A stretch of DNA of 63,247 nucleotides, counting the filler. It is 5 parts of 5 records of this genome, joined end to end, with 100 filler letters (N's around TTAATTAATTAA, not from the genome) between each part and the next. Parts side by side here need not be neighbours in the genome. Positions count along the whole stretch, not along the records: positions 1 to 28,216 come from SRR20825010_2197; 4 more parts are not named here. One strand, 5' to 3'. The first letter of the stretch is position 1, and every line of letters begins with the position of its first letter. This document shows, piece after piece, positions 1 to 9,085 of the stretch. The position numbers and the translations under genes are program-made. The notes under the pieces are model-generated. The model was given only the letters and a program-made list of their open reading frames with translations. It ran no database searches and was not told the origin of the DNA.

Positions 1-834
1 CATGCGCTTCTGCTGGTTGGAGCCATAGCGTGAGTATTCCGTCATTTTCGTCACCGCCACCTGCTCCATCGCCTTGAAGGCGGTATCAACCGCCTTGCCG
101 CCGCCAATGGGGTCAAAGCCGTAAAACGCATCCGTGTCGTCAATCGCGGTGCGCAGCTGCTTCATGAAATCATCATGCGATGAGTTCACCACATGGGTGG
201 AGCCGAGCTTTTGAAGAAGGCCAACCTGGCTTTCCTTGCGCACAATGTTCACGAGCGCGAGGCCGTCTTCCTTGCAAATGCGCGTCAGCATCTGCCCCAA
301 ATTTGAGGCCCCCACCGTGTGCAAAATGGCACCTTGTTTGTCCATCTTGGCGTTTTCCGCAAAGCCAAGTGCGGTCATCGGGTTCACGAACGCGCTCGCG
401 CCGTCCTCCGCCGTGTGGTCACCCAGCGGCAGGCACATTTTGGCATCCACAACACAGTATTGGCTGTAGGCATTGCCGGGCACGCACGCCACCCGCTGGC
501 CCATCAGCGCCTTGGCCATGTCGCCATCGCCCGTGGCAACCACGGTGCCAGCCCCCTCATTCCCCGCCGGGAGCTTGAGGCCATGCCGCGCTTTTGAGCC
601 GGTGTTAAAGGGCTCAGGCATGGTGGCCACAAATTTGCCGGTGGAATAGTCGGCATTCTCAAGGTCCGCCGCACTCGTGAGGATCGCAAGGTCGGATGGG
701 TTAATGGGCGCCGCTTCCATCTTCACCAGCACCTGATTGCCGCTGGGGTCCGGGAAGGTCACGTCCTCAATCGCGACGGTGAGCGTGCCGTCACTTTCAA
801 GCGTGGTGAAAAGTTGTTTGCCCGTTGTGCTCAT
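1..834 (-). CDS. Medium-chain dehydrogenase/reductase (quinone oxidoreductase-like MDR family), 3'-truncated by window edge
   Basis: Not in the ORF track because it runs off the edge. Manual translation from ATG 834 (AGGAGA RBS upstream) gives MSTTGKQLFTTLESDG...VLVKMEAAPINPSD...GNEGAGTVV...VNPMTA...GASNLGQML, typical MDR motifs. Confidence 0.85.
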   Translation of the reverse strand, partial: MSTTGKQLFTTLESDGTLTVAIEDVTFPDPSGNQVLVKMEAAPINPSDLAILTSAADLENADYSTGKFVATMPEPFNTGSKARHGLKLPAGNEGAGTVVATGDGDMAKALMGQRVACVPGNAYSQYCVVDAKMCLPLGDHTAEDGASAFVNPMTALGFAENAKMDKQGAILHTVGASNLGQMLTRICKEDGLALVNIVRKESQVGLLQKLGSTHVVNSSHDDFMKQLRTAIDDTDAFYGFDPIGGGKAVDTAFKAMEQVAVTKMTEYSRYGSNQQKRM

Positions 835-974
835 ACCCTTGTCTCCTTCTCACGAATGCGGTTTATGCGCTGCCCGCCAGCCGGGGCCGCCACACATGTT
901 TGTTATTAGGTCATGTAGCGCGGTTGAGACAAAGGCAAGGCGGTGGTGGGCGGATTGGTGGCGAGGGCGCTGCC

Positions 975-3900
975 TCAGGCCGCAAAGCGGCCATCTTCCA
1001 CCCGTTCGGCCTGCCCAAGGGCTTCGAGGCTTTCAAGCAGCGGCAGCACGGCATTGGTGCGCGCACGGGCGAAACGACGGGCGATCTGTTCCGGGCTGGC
1101 TTCGCCCATGTCCGACAGCACTTCGCGCACCGCGGCAATCTGCTCGGGCAGGGATTTGGGCCATGGGGCTTTCTCCGCCGTGACCGCAGTGCCCACGTCC
1201 ATTTCGGCCTGTTTGCCCTTGGCGGCTTGTGTGCCGGTTGGGTTCTGATACTCAGGCCGCAGCCAGCGCACATGCCCGCGCGCTTCTTCCTCGGCGCGTT
1301 CCTTGTTGAGCGCCACAAGGCGGAACAGGATGTCTTCGTCGCTCAGGTCATGGGGCCAGCCATAAGCATCGGCCACTGCCGCATCAATCTGGTCATGCAG
1401 GTCGCGCAATATGCCAACAAGGCCCTGATCGTATATCTCCCGGTCCTTGCCTTCGATGGCTTCGCCTGCGCGCAGCTTTTCCAGCACATTATACATCTGC
1501 GTCAGCGTCAGCTTGGGGTGCGCCGCCTGCTGGCGCTTGCGGTGCGCATCCAGCTCCTCGCCCAAGGCGCGAAGACGGGTTTTCTGCGTTTCGGTGAGGT
1601 CGGGGAAAGGGAAGGGGTCGAAGCATTTTGTTTTGTTATAAACTGGACGATCTTCTAACACCCCACCGCTAGCCAAACACCAAACGACATGTATTCGCGA
1701 TGAAACTACCGCAAGGATACTTGGATCATCCATTCCAAGCACCACTAACCTATTATCAGGCAAGATCGAGGCATCCAGAAACTGAAAAACCCTATGCTGC
1801 ATCGTTTCCACTGTGACAATATATCGAGGCAGCCCGTTGAGGACGCGCCGTAGTTCCCGCCGTGGTTCTCCGTGTACCCACCAATTTCGTCGATAGGATA
1901 CTCTGTTATTTTGATCCCGTTCCGGTTTCACATTGTCTAAAACGTGTTGATATATAGCGGCGTATCGCTCTCGCACCTGTTCTTCAGTCAAGCCATACAA
2001 ATCGACTACCATAACCCCACGGGGGGTGGCAGTAAGATCGCGCCCATGTCGATAGTTGCGTATGTGTTTTTCGAGTCCTTCGATCACCCCTAAACCCAAA
2101 GCTTTGGCTTTTTCAGGCGAAACGATGAACCCAGACCCAATTAGTTGCATTCCGCGGTATCCGAGGTCGCGGTTTGATTGTAGTGCAGTCGCACCCACCA
2201 CGTTTGCGCCAATTTGTATATTCGCAAAAACCTTTCCAACTTGATGATCGAACGACACCTGTCGTCCATCTGCTTCGTTTTTCTCTCTGCTCTCCGACGT
2301 TACTGTCAGGAGCCGGCCTGCTCTGTTGCCAGCCGCGCCCACCGTCATGGCGATGCGCACGGCGGCACCATAAAGTGTATCCACCCACGGGTGATCCGGG
2401 ATGGCGAACAACAGCGACAATGGCTTTTTGGGCTCGTTCAGGTGTGGTTCCAGCACCCGGCGGTTGAAGGTCTGGCGCAGCGAATTGGTGGTGATCAGGC
2501 CAAAGCGGCGGGTGCCTTTGCTCTTTTTTGCGTCGTAAGCGCGCGCGGCCAGTGCCGCCTTTTCCCACCAGAACATCACAAGGTCAGCACTTTGCGGCAT
2601 TTTGGGGTATGCCTGCCATAGCGCTTCCACATAACCGTCGCCGAGACTGTCCCGCAGCCGGGACGCCCCAATAAACGGCGGGTTGCCGACGATGAAATCG
2701 GCCTGCGGCCAAACGGTCGCCTTGGGTTTTGTATAGTCATACACCTGCACGCGGGCGTCCGGGTCCGGCACTTCCTCGCCTGTCACCGCATGGCGCATAG
2801 TGGTGACACCGTCCCAGCGAGTGACGGGCTTGCCGTCTGCGTCCATACGTGGGGTGCGGGCCTCCCATTCAAGCACCGCATCACCTTGGCGGATGTTCTT
2901 GAAATCCTTGAGCACAGGCTCAGAAGGTGAGGCATTGCCATAGGTGCGGAAATGCCATTGCAGGTAACCAATCCACAGCACCAGCTCCGCCACGTTTGCG
3001 GCCCATGGGTTCAGTTCAATGCCCTTGAACTGGTGCGGGTCCACGGTGATGAGGGGCATGGTGTCCCCCAGCTCCAGCATCAGCGAGGTTACCTCACCCT
3101 CAAGCCGTTTCATCATCTCAAGCGTGACATAAAGGAAGTTGCCTGAACCGCAAGCCGGGTCCAGCACCGTGGTGTCACACAGTTTGGCGTGAAAGTCGCG
3201 CACAGTTTTGCGCGCTTCGTCCATCTTGCCGTCTGCGCTCAGGCGCTGCACGGCGGTCTGCACATCGCGCCAATCCTCCCGCAGCGGTTCCATCACGGTG
3301 GGTGTCACCAGCCGTTCCACATAAGAACGCGGGGTATAGTGCGCGCCCAGCTTGTGACGCTGGCGTTTATCGAGCGCGCGTTCCAGCAGGGTGCCGAAAA
3401 TTGCCGGTTCAACCTGTTTCCACTCAGCCTCCGCCGCTTCAATCAGCAAACCGAGTTGAAGGTTATCAAGCGGCAGGGCGTCCGCTTCCCGGAACAGGCC
3501 ACCGTTGAAACGCTTCAGGTCGGTCATTAGCGCTTGTGAGAAACCGCCGGTGTTCATGGTTTGCCACAGGCCTTCAAGCGCAGGCCGGGCGTGTTCAGGG
3601 TGACCGCGCAGTTTGATCAGCAGGTCTGTGAAGCTGCGCTTCGGGATAAGGTCAACATCTTCCGCGAACATGGAAAACAGGCAACGCATCAGGAAGCGGG
3701 CAACCGTTTGGCTGTCATGCCCCTGGCCTTCAAAACTTTTGCCAAGCTCGGCCAAATGGGCGGCAATCTCCCGCGTGACCTTGGCGGCACGCAGGGACGG
3801 GTCAAGGCTATAGGGGTCGGTCCAGATCGTGCGCAAAAGCGCGCGGGTTTCTTCCTCGCGAAGGTCCTCAAGGTGGATGCGGTAGCGGTTCCCGTCAGGG

Positions 3901-4406
3901 AACTGGTTGTAGCCTTGGCCCTGCTTTGAGAAATCGGCATACAGCTCGATCACATGCCCCACGTCAACCACCATCAGGAAGGGCGGCCAGCCGTCTTCTT
4001 TGGCTACAGCGCGGGCGTAATTATCTGCCTGGTTGCGGGCCTTGAGCATGGTGTCGTCAAACTTGGCGGTGCCGCGCTTGCCGTGGCCTGCCTGTTTGGG
4101 CTTTTCCTTGTCTAGGAACAACTCAAGGGTAGATTGGTCTTTCGCGGCGGCGGTGATGAACTGCTTGGCCTCAAGGACAAAATGCCCTTTTTTATAGAGG
4201 TCTATGCGTCCGTTTTTTTTACGGCCCGTGTGGGTCTGGGTGACCGGGCGTTCAAAGCGGTAGTCGAGGAAGTCTCCATCCTTGTCGGAGACATGCGGGC
4301 GGTCTACTTCCAAGAGGTCGGTCAGATCGATTGCAAACGATTGTGCGGTAGCCATTTCGGCGCCGCCGGAACCGGACCAGCGTTCTATAAATTCCTCAAC
4401 AGTCAA
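975..4406 (-). CDS. MmeI-like Type IIL/IIG restriction-modification enzyme (fused endonuclease, m6A methyltransferase and target recognition domain)
   Basis: N-terminal nuclease-like motif GRIDLYKKGHFVLEAK, GAHYTP, SAM-binding motif I LDPACGSGNF, catalytic motif IV GNPPF, and a C-terminal FDPFPFP followed by a helical region. Probable start is TTG 4406 (MTVEEFIERW); the ORF-track extension to 4553 looks non-coding. Confidence 0.88.
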   Translation of the reverse strand: MTVEEFIERWSGSGGAEMATAQSFAIDLTDLLEVDRPHVSDKDGDFLDYRFERPVTQTHTGRKKNGRIDLYKKGHFVLEAKQFITAAAKDQSTLELFLDKEKPKQAGHGKRGTAKFDDTMLKARNQADNYARAVAKEDGWPPFLMVVDVGHVIELYADFSKQGQGYNQFPDGNRYRIHLEDLREEETRALLRTIWTDPYSLDPSLRAAKVTREIAAHLAELGKSFEGQGHDSQTVARFLMRCLFSMFAEDVDLIPKRSFTDLLIKLRGHPEHARPALEGLWQTMNTGGFSQALMTDLKRFNGGLFREADALPLDNLQLGLLIEAAEAEWKQVEPAIFGTLLERALDKRQRHKLGAHYTPRSYVERLVTPTVMEPLREDWRDVQTAVQRLSADGKMDEARKTVRDFHAKLCDTTVLDPACGSGNFLYVTLEMMKRLEGEVTSLMLELGDTMPLITVDPHQFKGIELNPWAANVAELVLWIGYLQWHFRTYGNASPSEPVLKDFKNIRQGDAVLEWEARTPRMDADGKPVTRWDGVTTMRHAVTGEEVPDPDARVQVYDYTKPKATVWPQADFIVGNPPFIGASRLRDSLGDGYVEALWQAYPKMPQSADLVMFWWEKAALAARAYDAKKSKGTRRFGLITTNSLRQTFNRRVLEPHLNEPKKPLSLLFAIPDHPWVDTLYGAAVRIAMTVGAAGNRAGRLLTVTSESREKNEADGRQVSFDHQVGKVFANIQIGANVVGATALQSNRDLGYRGMQLIGSGFIVSPEKAKALGLGVIEGLEKHIRNYRHGRDLTATPRGVMVVDLYGLTEEQVRERYAAIYQHVLDNVKPERDQNNRVSYRRNWWVHGEPRRELRRVLNGLPRYIVTVETMQHRVFQFLDASILPDNRLVVLGMDDPSILAVVSSRIHVVWCLASGGVLEDRPVYNKTKCFDPFPFPDLTETQKTRLRALGEELDAHRKRQQAAHPKLTLTQMYNVLEKLRAGEAIEGKDREIYDQGLVGILRDLHDQIDAAVADAYGWPHDLSDEDILFRLVALNKERAEEEARGHVRWLRPEYQNPTGTQAAKGKQAEMDVGTAVTAEKAPWPKSLPEQIAAVREVLSDMGEASPEQIARRFARARTNAVLPLLESLEALGQAERVEDGRFAA

Positions 4407-4541
4407 ACCTAAGCCCCGATACTGCGTTAAAATGAATATGTATTTAGGCAGTTCAAGGGGATAAGTGCAATCCAAACTTGCAAGGCAGGTAGCCTGTGGT
4501 GCGAAAATGCTTCTGATACGCTTACGAAAGACATAGCGATA

Positions 4542-4570
4542 TTGACATTGCAAATCATTCTTAATAGCTT
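4542..4570 (+). promoter_or_regulatory. Sigma70-type promoter overlapped by a Fur-box-like sequence
   Basis: TTGACA (4542-4547), 17 bp, TAGCTT (4565-4570). The overlapping GCAAATCATTCTTAATAGC (4550-4568) matches the GATAATGATAATCATTATC Fur consensus at 11 of 19 positions. It lies upstream of a PepSY-TM operon. Confidence 0.55.
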
Positions 4571-4649
4571 GCCCGCAACTTGATACTCAGGCGGGCGATG
4601 GGCGTATGTGCCCCGTGGCCCGCCGCACGCGCACAAACAGGGGGTCGCG

Positions 4650-5249
4650 ATGCCAGAATTATCCTATTTGATGGTGCTTGCTGCCGTGGTGCTGACATTG
4701 GCTGGCATTCTTGTGTTGCGGCAGGCCTGGAAGAAAAAAGGCGCGCGCGACAGGCGCCTTGTGGCCACCGGCTGGGCGTTGATCGCCTTTTCTTTTGTGC
4801 CGTGGGTTAGCACCAGCACGCCAGACTGGGGCAGTGCCGCCGCGCTTTGTGCGCTGATGATGGTTGGGCTTGGTGCCATTGCCTATGCAGCATGGAAGCA
4901 GCCTGAAAGCCGCAAGGCCCAAAAAGCGCGCACTAAAGAGCGTGCCGTGCGTGAAGGCACGGCTGAGAAGCGCCCGCTGGACCTGAAGGCTGGCATGCGG
5001 CGCACGCTCACCTTCCTGCTGGCGGGCCCCATTGCGGGGGTGGCATCGCTTTACCTCACGCTGTTTCTTTATGGTGTGCTGCAACAAAGCAACCCACAGG
5101 GGCAGGTGTTTGCCGCGCTGTTTGCCTTCCCGCTGTTCTGGGCGGTGCTGTCTGTTTTTGCCACCTATGACATGCCAGCCCTACGCCGGGGCGGTATTGT
5201 GTGCCTGAGCGGCGTTCTGGGTGTTGTTGGCACCTATCTGGTATCCTGA
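4650..5249 (+). CDS. Hypothetical multi-pass membrane protein, co-transcribed with the PepSY-TM gene
   Basis: About six hydrophobic segments split by a basic linker; ATG 4650 after a G-rich RBS; stop lies 7 nt before the next start. Confidence 0.7.
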   Translation: MPELSYLMVLAAVVLTLAGILVLRQAWKKKGARDRRLVATGWALIAFSFVPWVSTSTPDWGSAAALCALMMVGLGAIAYAAWKQPESRKAQKARTKERAVREGTAEKRPLDLKAGMRRTLTFLLAGPIAGVASLYLTLFLYGVLQQSNPQGQVFAALFAFPLFWAVLSVFATYDMPALRRGGIVCLSGVLGVVGTYLVS

Positions 5250-5256
5250 GGAGAAG

Positions 5257-6786
5257 ATGGCCATGGCATCCGATAGTCAAACACAATCACCGGCATCAGC
5301 AGGCGTAAAAGCAAACGGCCAGAAGGGCTTTGTAGCGCAAATGCTTTCAGGCCATTCGGCCGTTGGCCTCGCCGTTGGGGCGCTCATGTATATCATCTGT
5401 GTTTCCGGCACGCTGATGGTGTTTCATGAAGAGTTCCAGCGCTGGGAACAGCCAAACGCGACCGAGTTTGCCGTGGGCGGGGCTGAGCCTGCGGCAGTTG
5501 CGCGGGCGGCAGACGCTGCGCTTGCGCGGGTGGGGGAAACCCCGCACCATTTTTATGTGGGTTTGCCAACCGAGGGCCTGCCGCGCATGAGCGTAGCCTA
5601 TGACGAAAGCCACGGCTGGTTCGCGGATGCGGACGGCAACCTGGGCGAGGAAGTGCATCACCCGTGGTCAGAATTCCTTGAAGGTTTGCACTATTACCTG
5701 CACCTGCCGAACACGCTGGGCCTGACGGTGGTGGGCATATTGGGTGCCATGCTGGTGGGGCTCGTGATCTCGGGCGTGCTGGCCCACCCGAAAATCTTCC
5801 GCGATGCCTTTGCCATGCGACTGAGGGGCAACAAACAGCTGGCGGAAGCTGACCTTCATAACCGGCTGAGCGTTTGGGGCGCGCCGTTTCACTTTGTGGT
5901 GGCCGTAACCGGCGCGGCCATCGGCTTGGCCTCCGTGCTCTCATACATCGCGGCAGATACCTATCTGGAAGGTGACTTTGAAGCTTTTTATGAGCCTGTT
6001 TTTGGCTCTGACCCGCTTGAGGATGAGACACCCGCGCCGGTGGCCAATATCGCGGCGGCGCTCACCAACCTCAAGGCCGAGGCGGAAGGCGTGGTGCCGT
6101 GGTATGTGATGATGCACGACCCGGGCACCAAAGGGCAGGGCGCCATCATCCTGGCCGAACACCCCGGTCGCCTGATTTATGGCGAGAATTATTATTTTGA
6201 TGAGGCTGGCACTATCACCGGCAAGCTTGGCCATTCAGACGGCCCTGTGGGCCAGCAGATTGTCGCCAGCGCTTACACCGTGCACTTTGGCTCCTTTGGC
6301 GGGCTGCCGGTGAAGCTTATCTATGGTGTGCTGGGGCTCGCGATCTCTATCGTTTCCGCGACCGGGGTGAACATCTGGCTGATCAAACGGCGGGAGAAGG
6401 GGCGGCCTGCGCCGAAGCTTGAACTTGCGTGGGCGGCCACCATTTGGGGCACGCCGCTTGCGCTTGGCTGTTCCTTCATCGCGGCGGTCTCGGGCATGGT
6501 GGATGACGCTTTGATCACGGCCATTTTCTGGCTGGTGCTTTTGGGGCTTATCAGCCTCTCGCTGCTCGCGAGCGACCGGGCGGCGTTCTCGCGGGGCCTG
6601 CGCATGGGGGCGGGCGGGTTGATTGTGCTTGGCGTTGCCCTCAAGTGGGGTGCCTATTGGGGCGAGGTGACATCACCGGCGGCGGTGTGGGTGAATGTGG
6701 CGTTTCTGATGACGGCGGCGATTTTCATCTGGCAGGGGTGGCCTGCGCGCCGCGCACGAAAAATGGCGCCTTCGGCGGCTGAGTAA
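5257..6786 (+). CDS. PepSY-associated TM helix domain protein (iron-regulated membrane protein family)
   Basis: Conserved His-containing helices HSAVGL...SGTL, LHYYLHLP, DLHNRLSVW and VHFGSFGGLPVKLIYGVLG; GAGGAG RBS before ATG 5257. Confidence 0.85.
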   Translation: MAMASDSQTQSPASAGVKANGQKGFVAQMLSGHSAVGLAVGALMYIICVSGTLMVFHEEFQRWEQPNATEFAVGGAEPAAVARAADAALARVGETPHHFYVGLPTEGLPRMSVAYDESHGWFADADGNLGEEVHHPWSEFLEGLHYYLHLPNTLGLTVVGILGAMLVGLVISGVLAHPKIFRDAFAMRLRGNKQLAEADLHNRLSVWGAPFHFVVAVTGAAIGLASVLSYIAADTYLEGDFEAFYEPVFGSDPLEDETPAPVANIAAALTNLKAEAEGVVPWYVMMHDPGTKGQGAIILAEHPGRLIYGENYYFDEAGTITGKLGHSDGPVGQQIVASAYTVHFGSFGGLPVKLIYGVLGLAISIVSATGVNIWLIKRREKGRPAPKLELAWAATIWGTPLALGCSFIAAVSGMVDDALITAIFWLVLLGLISLSLLASDRAAFSRGLRMGAGGLIVLGVALKWGAYWGEVTSPAAVWVNVAFLMTAAIFIWQGWPARRARKMAPSAAE

Positions 6787-6821
6787 GACGGTGGGCAAGA
6801 GCTAAGTGAGGCGAGCGAGCT

Positions 6822-6846
6822 AGTGTGGCGGGCTCTGCCACACTTT
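6822..6846 (+). terminator. Probable intrinsic terminator of the PepSY-TM operon
   Basis: AGTGTGGC-gggctct-GCCACACT perfect 8-bp stem followed by a short T run, about 35 nt after the stop. Confidence 0.5.
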
Positions 6847-6953
6847 ACGCCTCACATGCGCCGCAGATGCGCCACACATTCCCGATTTTCGCCCTGGATT
6901 CCGCCACAAATTCCGCCACACATGCCACACTTTTGCGGTATTATAGTACCGTT

Positions 6954-7721
6954 CTAAGGCTTTTGGGGCGGTTTGGGGAAGAAGGCCGGGGTGCTTTCCA
7001 TATAGGCTTCATAGCCCGGGCGGCGCTTCTTCAAACTGCGCTCCAGCATCGGCACGCCGGACCATTTCATCAATATAAAGCTCATGAGAATCGGTGCGAA
7101 AATCAGCGTAAGGTCATGACCTATAAGCCATATTCCCCACCACACGCAGGCGTCGCCAAAATAATTCGGGTGCCGGGTCAGGGCCCACAGGCCGCTTGTC
7201 AGCACCTTGCCTTGGTTTGCGGGGTCGGCCTTGAAACGCACCAGCTGATGGTCGCCAACAGCTTCAAAATAGAAGCCCGCAGCCCACACCAGAATCCCTG
7301 AAACTACCCATAAATCAATGGCTTGCGGCGCTTGTGCCAGCAGGCCGATCACCGGTGCGATGATGATGAGAATCAGCGTACCCTGCAGGAAAAACACAAT
7401 ACCAAGCGAATAGAGGTGCCTGCTCAGCCCTTCGCGTTTGCCGATAATTTTGACGTAGCGGTAATCTTCACCATGCGCCAGATACCGTTTCAAAAGATGG
7501 TAAGAAAGCCTTATACCCCAAAGACTTAGGAGCGTCAGCATCACTGCCTGCGCGGAACCGATATGCGGCAAGCCATGGGCCGCAGCCAGGGCCGTGATGA
7601 TAAATCCTGTGCCCCAAAAGGCATCGATAAAACTCACGTGACCCCGAAAAGTGCTGATAATCCAAAGGGTTAATATTGAAATCCCAAGCGCCGCAGCGCC
7701 ATCCATATATAAAGCCTGCAT
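6954..7721 (-). CDS. DUF1295 / steroid 5-alpha-reductase-like membrane protein
   Basis: Motifs ED.RY, FEAVGDHQL, GLWALTRHPNYFGDACVWWG and SGVPMLE; likely start ATG 7721. Confidence 0.85.
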   Translation of the reverse strand: MQALYMDGAAALGISILTLWIISTFRGHVSFIDAFWGTGFIITALAAAHGLPHIGSAQAVMLTLLSLWGIRLSYHLLKRYLAHGEDYRYVKIIGKREGLSRHLYSLGIVFFLQGTLILIIIAPVIGLLAQAPQAIDLWVVSGILVWAAGFYFEAVGDHQLVRFKADPANQGKVLTSGLWALTRHPNYFGDACVWWGIWLIGHDLTLIFAPILMSFILMKWSGVPMLERSLKKRRPGYEAYMESTPAFFPKPPQKP

Positions 7722-7845
7722 TTGATGTTCTCCACTTCCCTCCTTGTACGAACTAGAGGAAAACTGGATTGTGTCACTCAAATATTTTCGAGAAAATTTG
7801 GCGGAAAGCCGTTTGCCGGGCTATATGGGGCAGGAAAGGATCACC

Positions 7846-8358
7846 ATGGCTGAACAGGCGACAATTATTGATTTCCTTGGCGCGAGCCTGCGGGGGCTCG
7901 AGGCTTCCGGGCGACCGCTACTGACCCCGAGGGAACAGGACGTGGCGGACGAGATCGCCAGTTCGCTCGATCATGCACTTGAAACCATGGTGTCGGAACT
8001 GGAGGCCGTGGCGTCATGCCAGCAAGAGGAAGACGACACACCGGAGGAAGAACTGCCACCTTTTGAAGCATTTTGCGTTGGCTTGAAAAAGATTGGAGAC
8101 ACTCTAATTCCGCATTTGGTTGAAGAGTTTCGGATTCTTTGCCACAAGAAGGGCGCACCGGTTCGGCCCTTTGGCTGGATCATCAGGGCGCGCTCGGATG
8201 CTTTTGTGGCCTATTTGCTGCAAGTTGCGCAGGTTCATGGGCTTGCTTTTGATGACAGTCTTGAACGTGTTGGCAAGAACGAACAGATCGTACTCGCACA
8301 CTTGGGGGCCGACCTGCGCATGTTGATGCAGCGGGAGCTAGACAAGCTGGAACGCTGA
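7846..8358 (+). CDS. Hypothetical protein
   Basis: AGGAAAGGA RBS before ATG 7846; plausible globular, acidic sequence with no recognised family. Confidence 0.6.
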   Translation: MAEQATIIDFLGASLRGLEASGRPLLTPREQDVADEIASSLDHALETMVSELEAVASCQQEEDDTPEEELPPFEAFCVGLKKIGDTLIPHLVEEFRILCHKKGAPVRPFGWIIRARSDAFVAYLLQVAQVHGLAFDDSLERVGKNEQIVLAHLGADLRMLMQRELDKLER

Positions 8359-8442
8359 ACGAAAGTTGAAAAGTCGTTCAGCAATCGTTCAGTCTCGTCG
8401 CAGTAGGTTTAGGGGGTAATTGAGCAAGCCGTGAGAACAAGA

Positions 8443-8916
8443 ATGAAACAAACAGCTTTGTGGCCAACTCTACTTGTAGCGATGATCGCCTTTGGCGGTA
8501 CGACGAGTGCTGACGATGAAAAGATGACTAGGTCCGAGAAGCGGATGGCCAGGATCATGGAAGATTATAAGCCGACAGGTAAGGTGAAACACTGTGTTCC
8601 GCTTCGTTTCCTGCGCGATTCTACCATTGTTGATGACCAGACGATTTTCTTCAAGAGCGTAGGCAAGCGTGCCTATATGAACCGCCTGCCGCATAAATGC
8701 TCACGCCTGTTTGCTGAAGAACGCTTCATGTACTCCACCTCCATCTCCTCACTATGCAAGATGGAGATTATCACGGTGCTGGATAGTTTCGGGCGCCAGT
8801 GGGGCAGCTGTGGTCTCGGCGAATTTGAGGAAATGGAAAAGCTTTCCAAGGCTGAGAAGGCTGAAATAGCCGCTCAAAAAGCTGAAGAAAAACAGCCGGG
8901 CGCCGAGTCAAATTAA
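8443..8916 (+). CDS. Exported Cys-containing protein (DUF6491-like)
   Basis: Signal peptide followed by the pattern C..L..(x)IVDDQTI.F...N.L...C..L...LC...I........C.LG.F. The start could be GTG 8431. Confidence 0.6.
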   Translation: MKQTALWPTLLVAMIAFGGTTSADDEKMTRSEKRMARIMEDYKPTGKVKHCVPLRFLRDSTIVDDQTIFFKSVGKRAYMNRLPHKCSRLFAEERFMYSTSISSLCKMEIITVLDSFGRQWGSCGLGEFEEMEKLSKAEKAEIAAQKAEEKQPGAESN

Positions 8917-9085
8917 GAGAAAACTCCGCCTACAGCCATTCGGTTAGAGGCGGCTCTTCCCTTCAAGAGTGGCATTTTATCGCAGCCGTCCTGCGTTTTG
9001 TCGCATTCATGTTCCGCTAAAGTGGGAATGGGTTCATACCGCGTTTTGTAACTATATTACAAAGCGACGCGAGGAAACCCAACCC

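Noticed and set aside
825..1658. 277-aa plus-strand ORF overlapping the RM gene end
   Set aside because: Antisense to the MmeI-like gene with no recognisable motif.
4407..4553. N-terminal extension of the MmeI-like ORF
   Set aside because: AT-rich, not protein-like, and it overlaps the divergent promoter; TTG 4406 fits the family N-terminus better.
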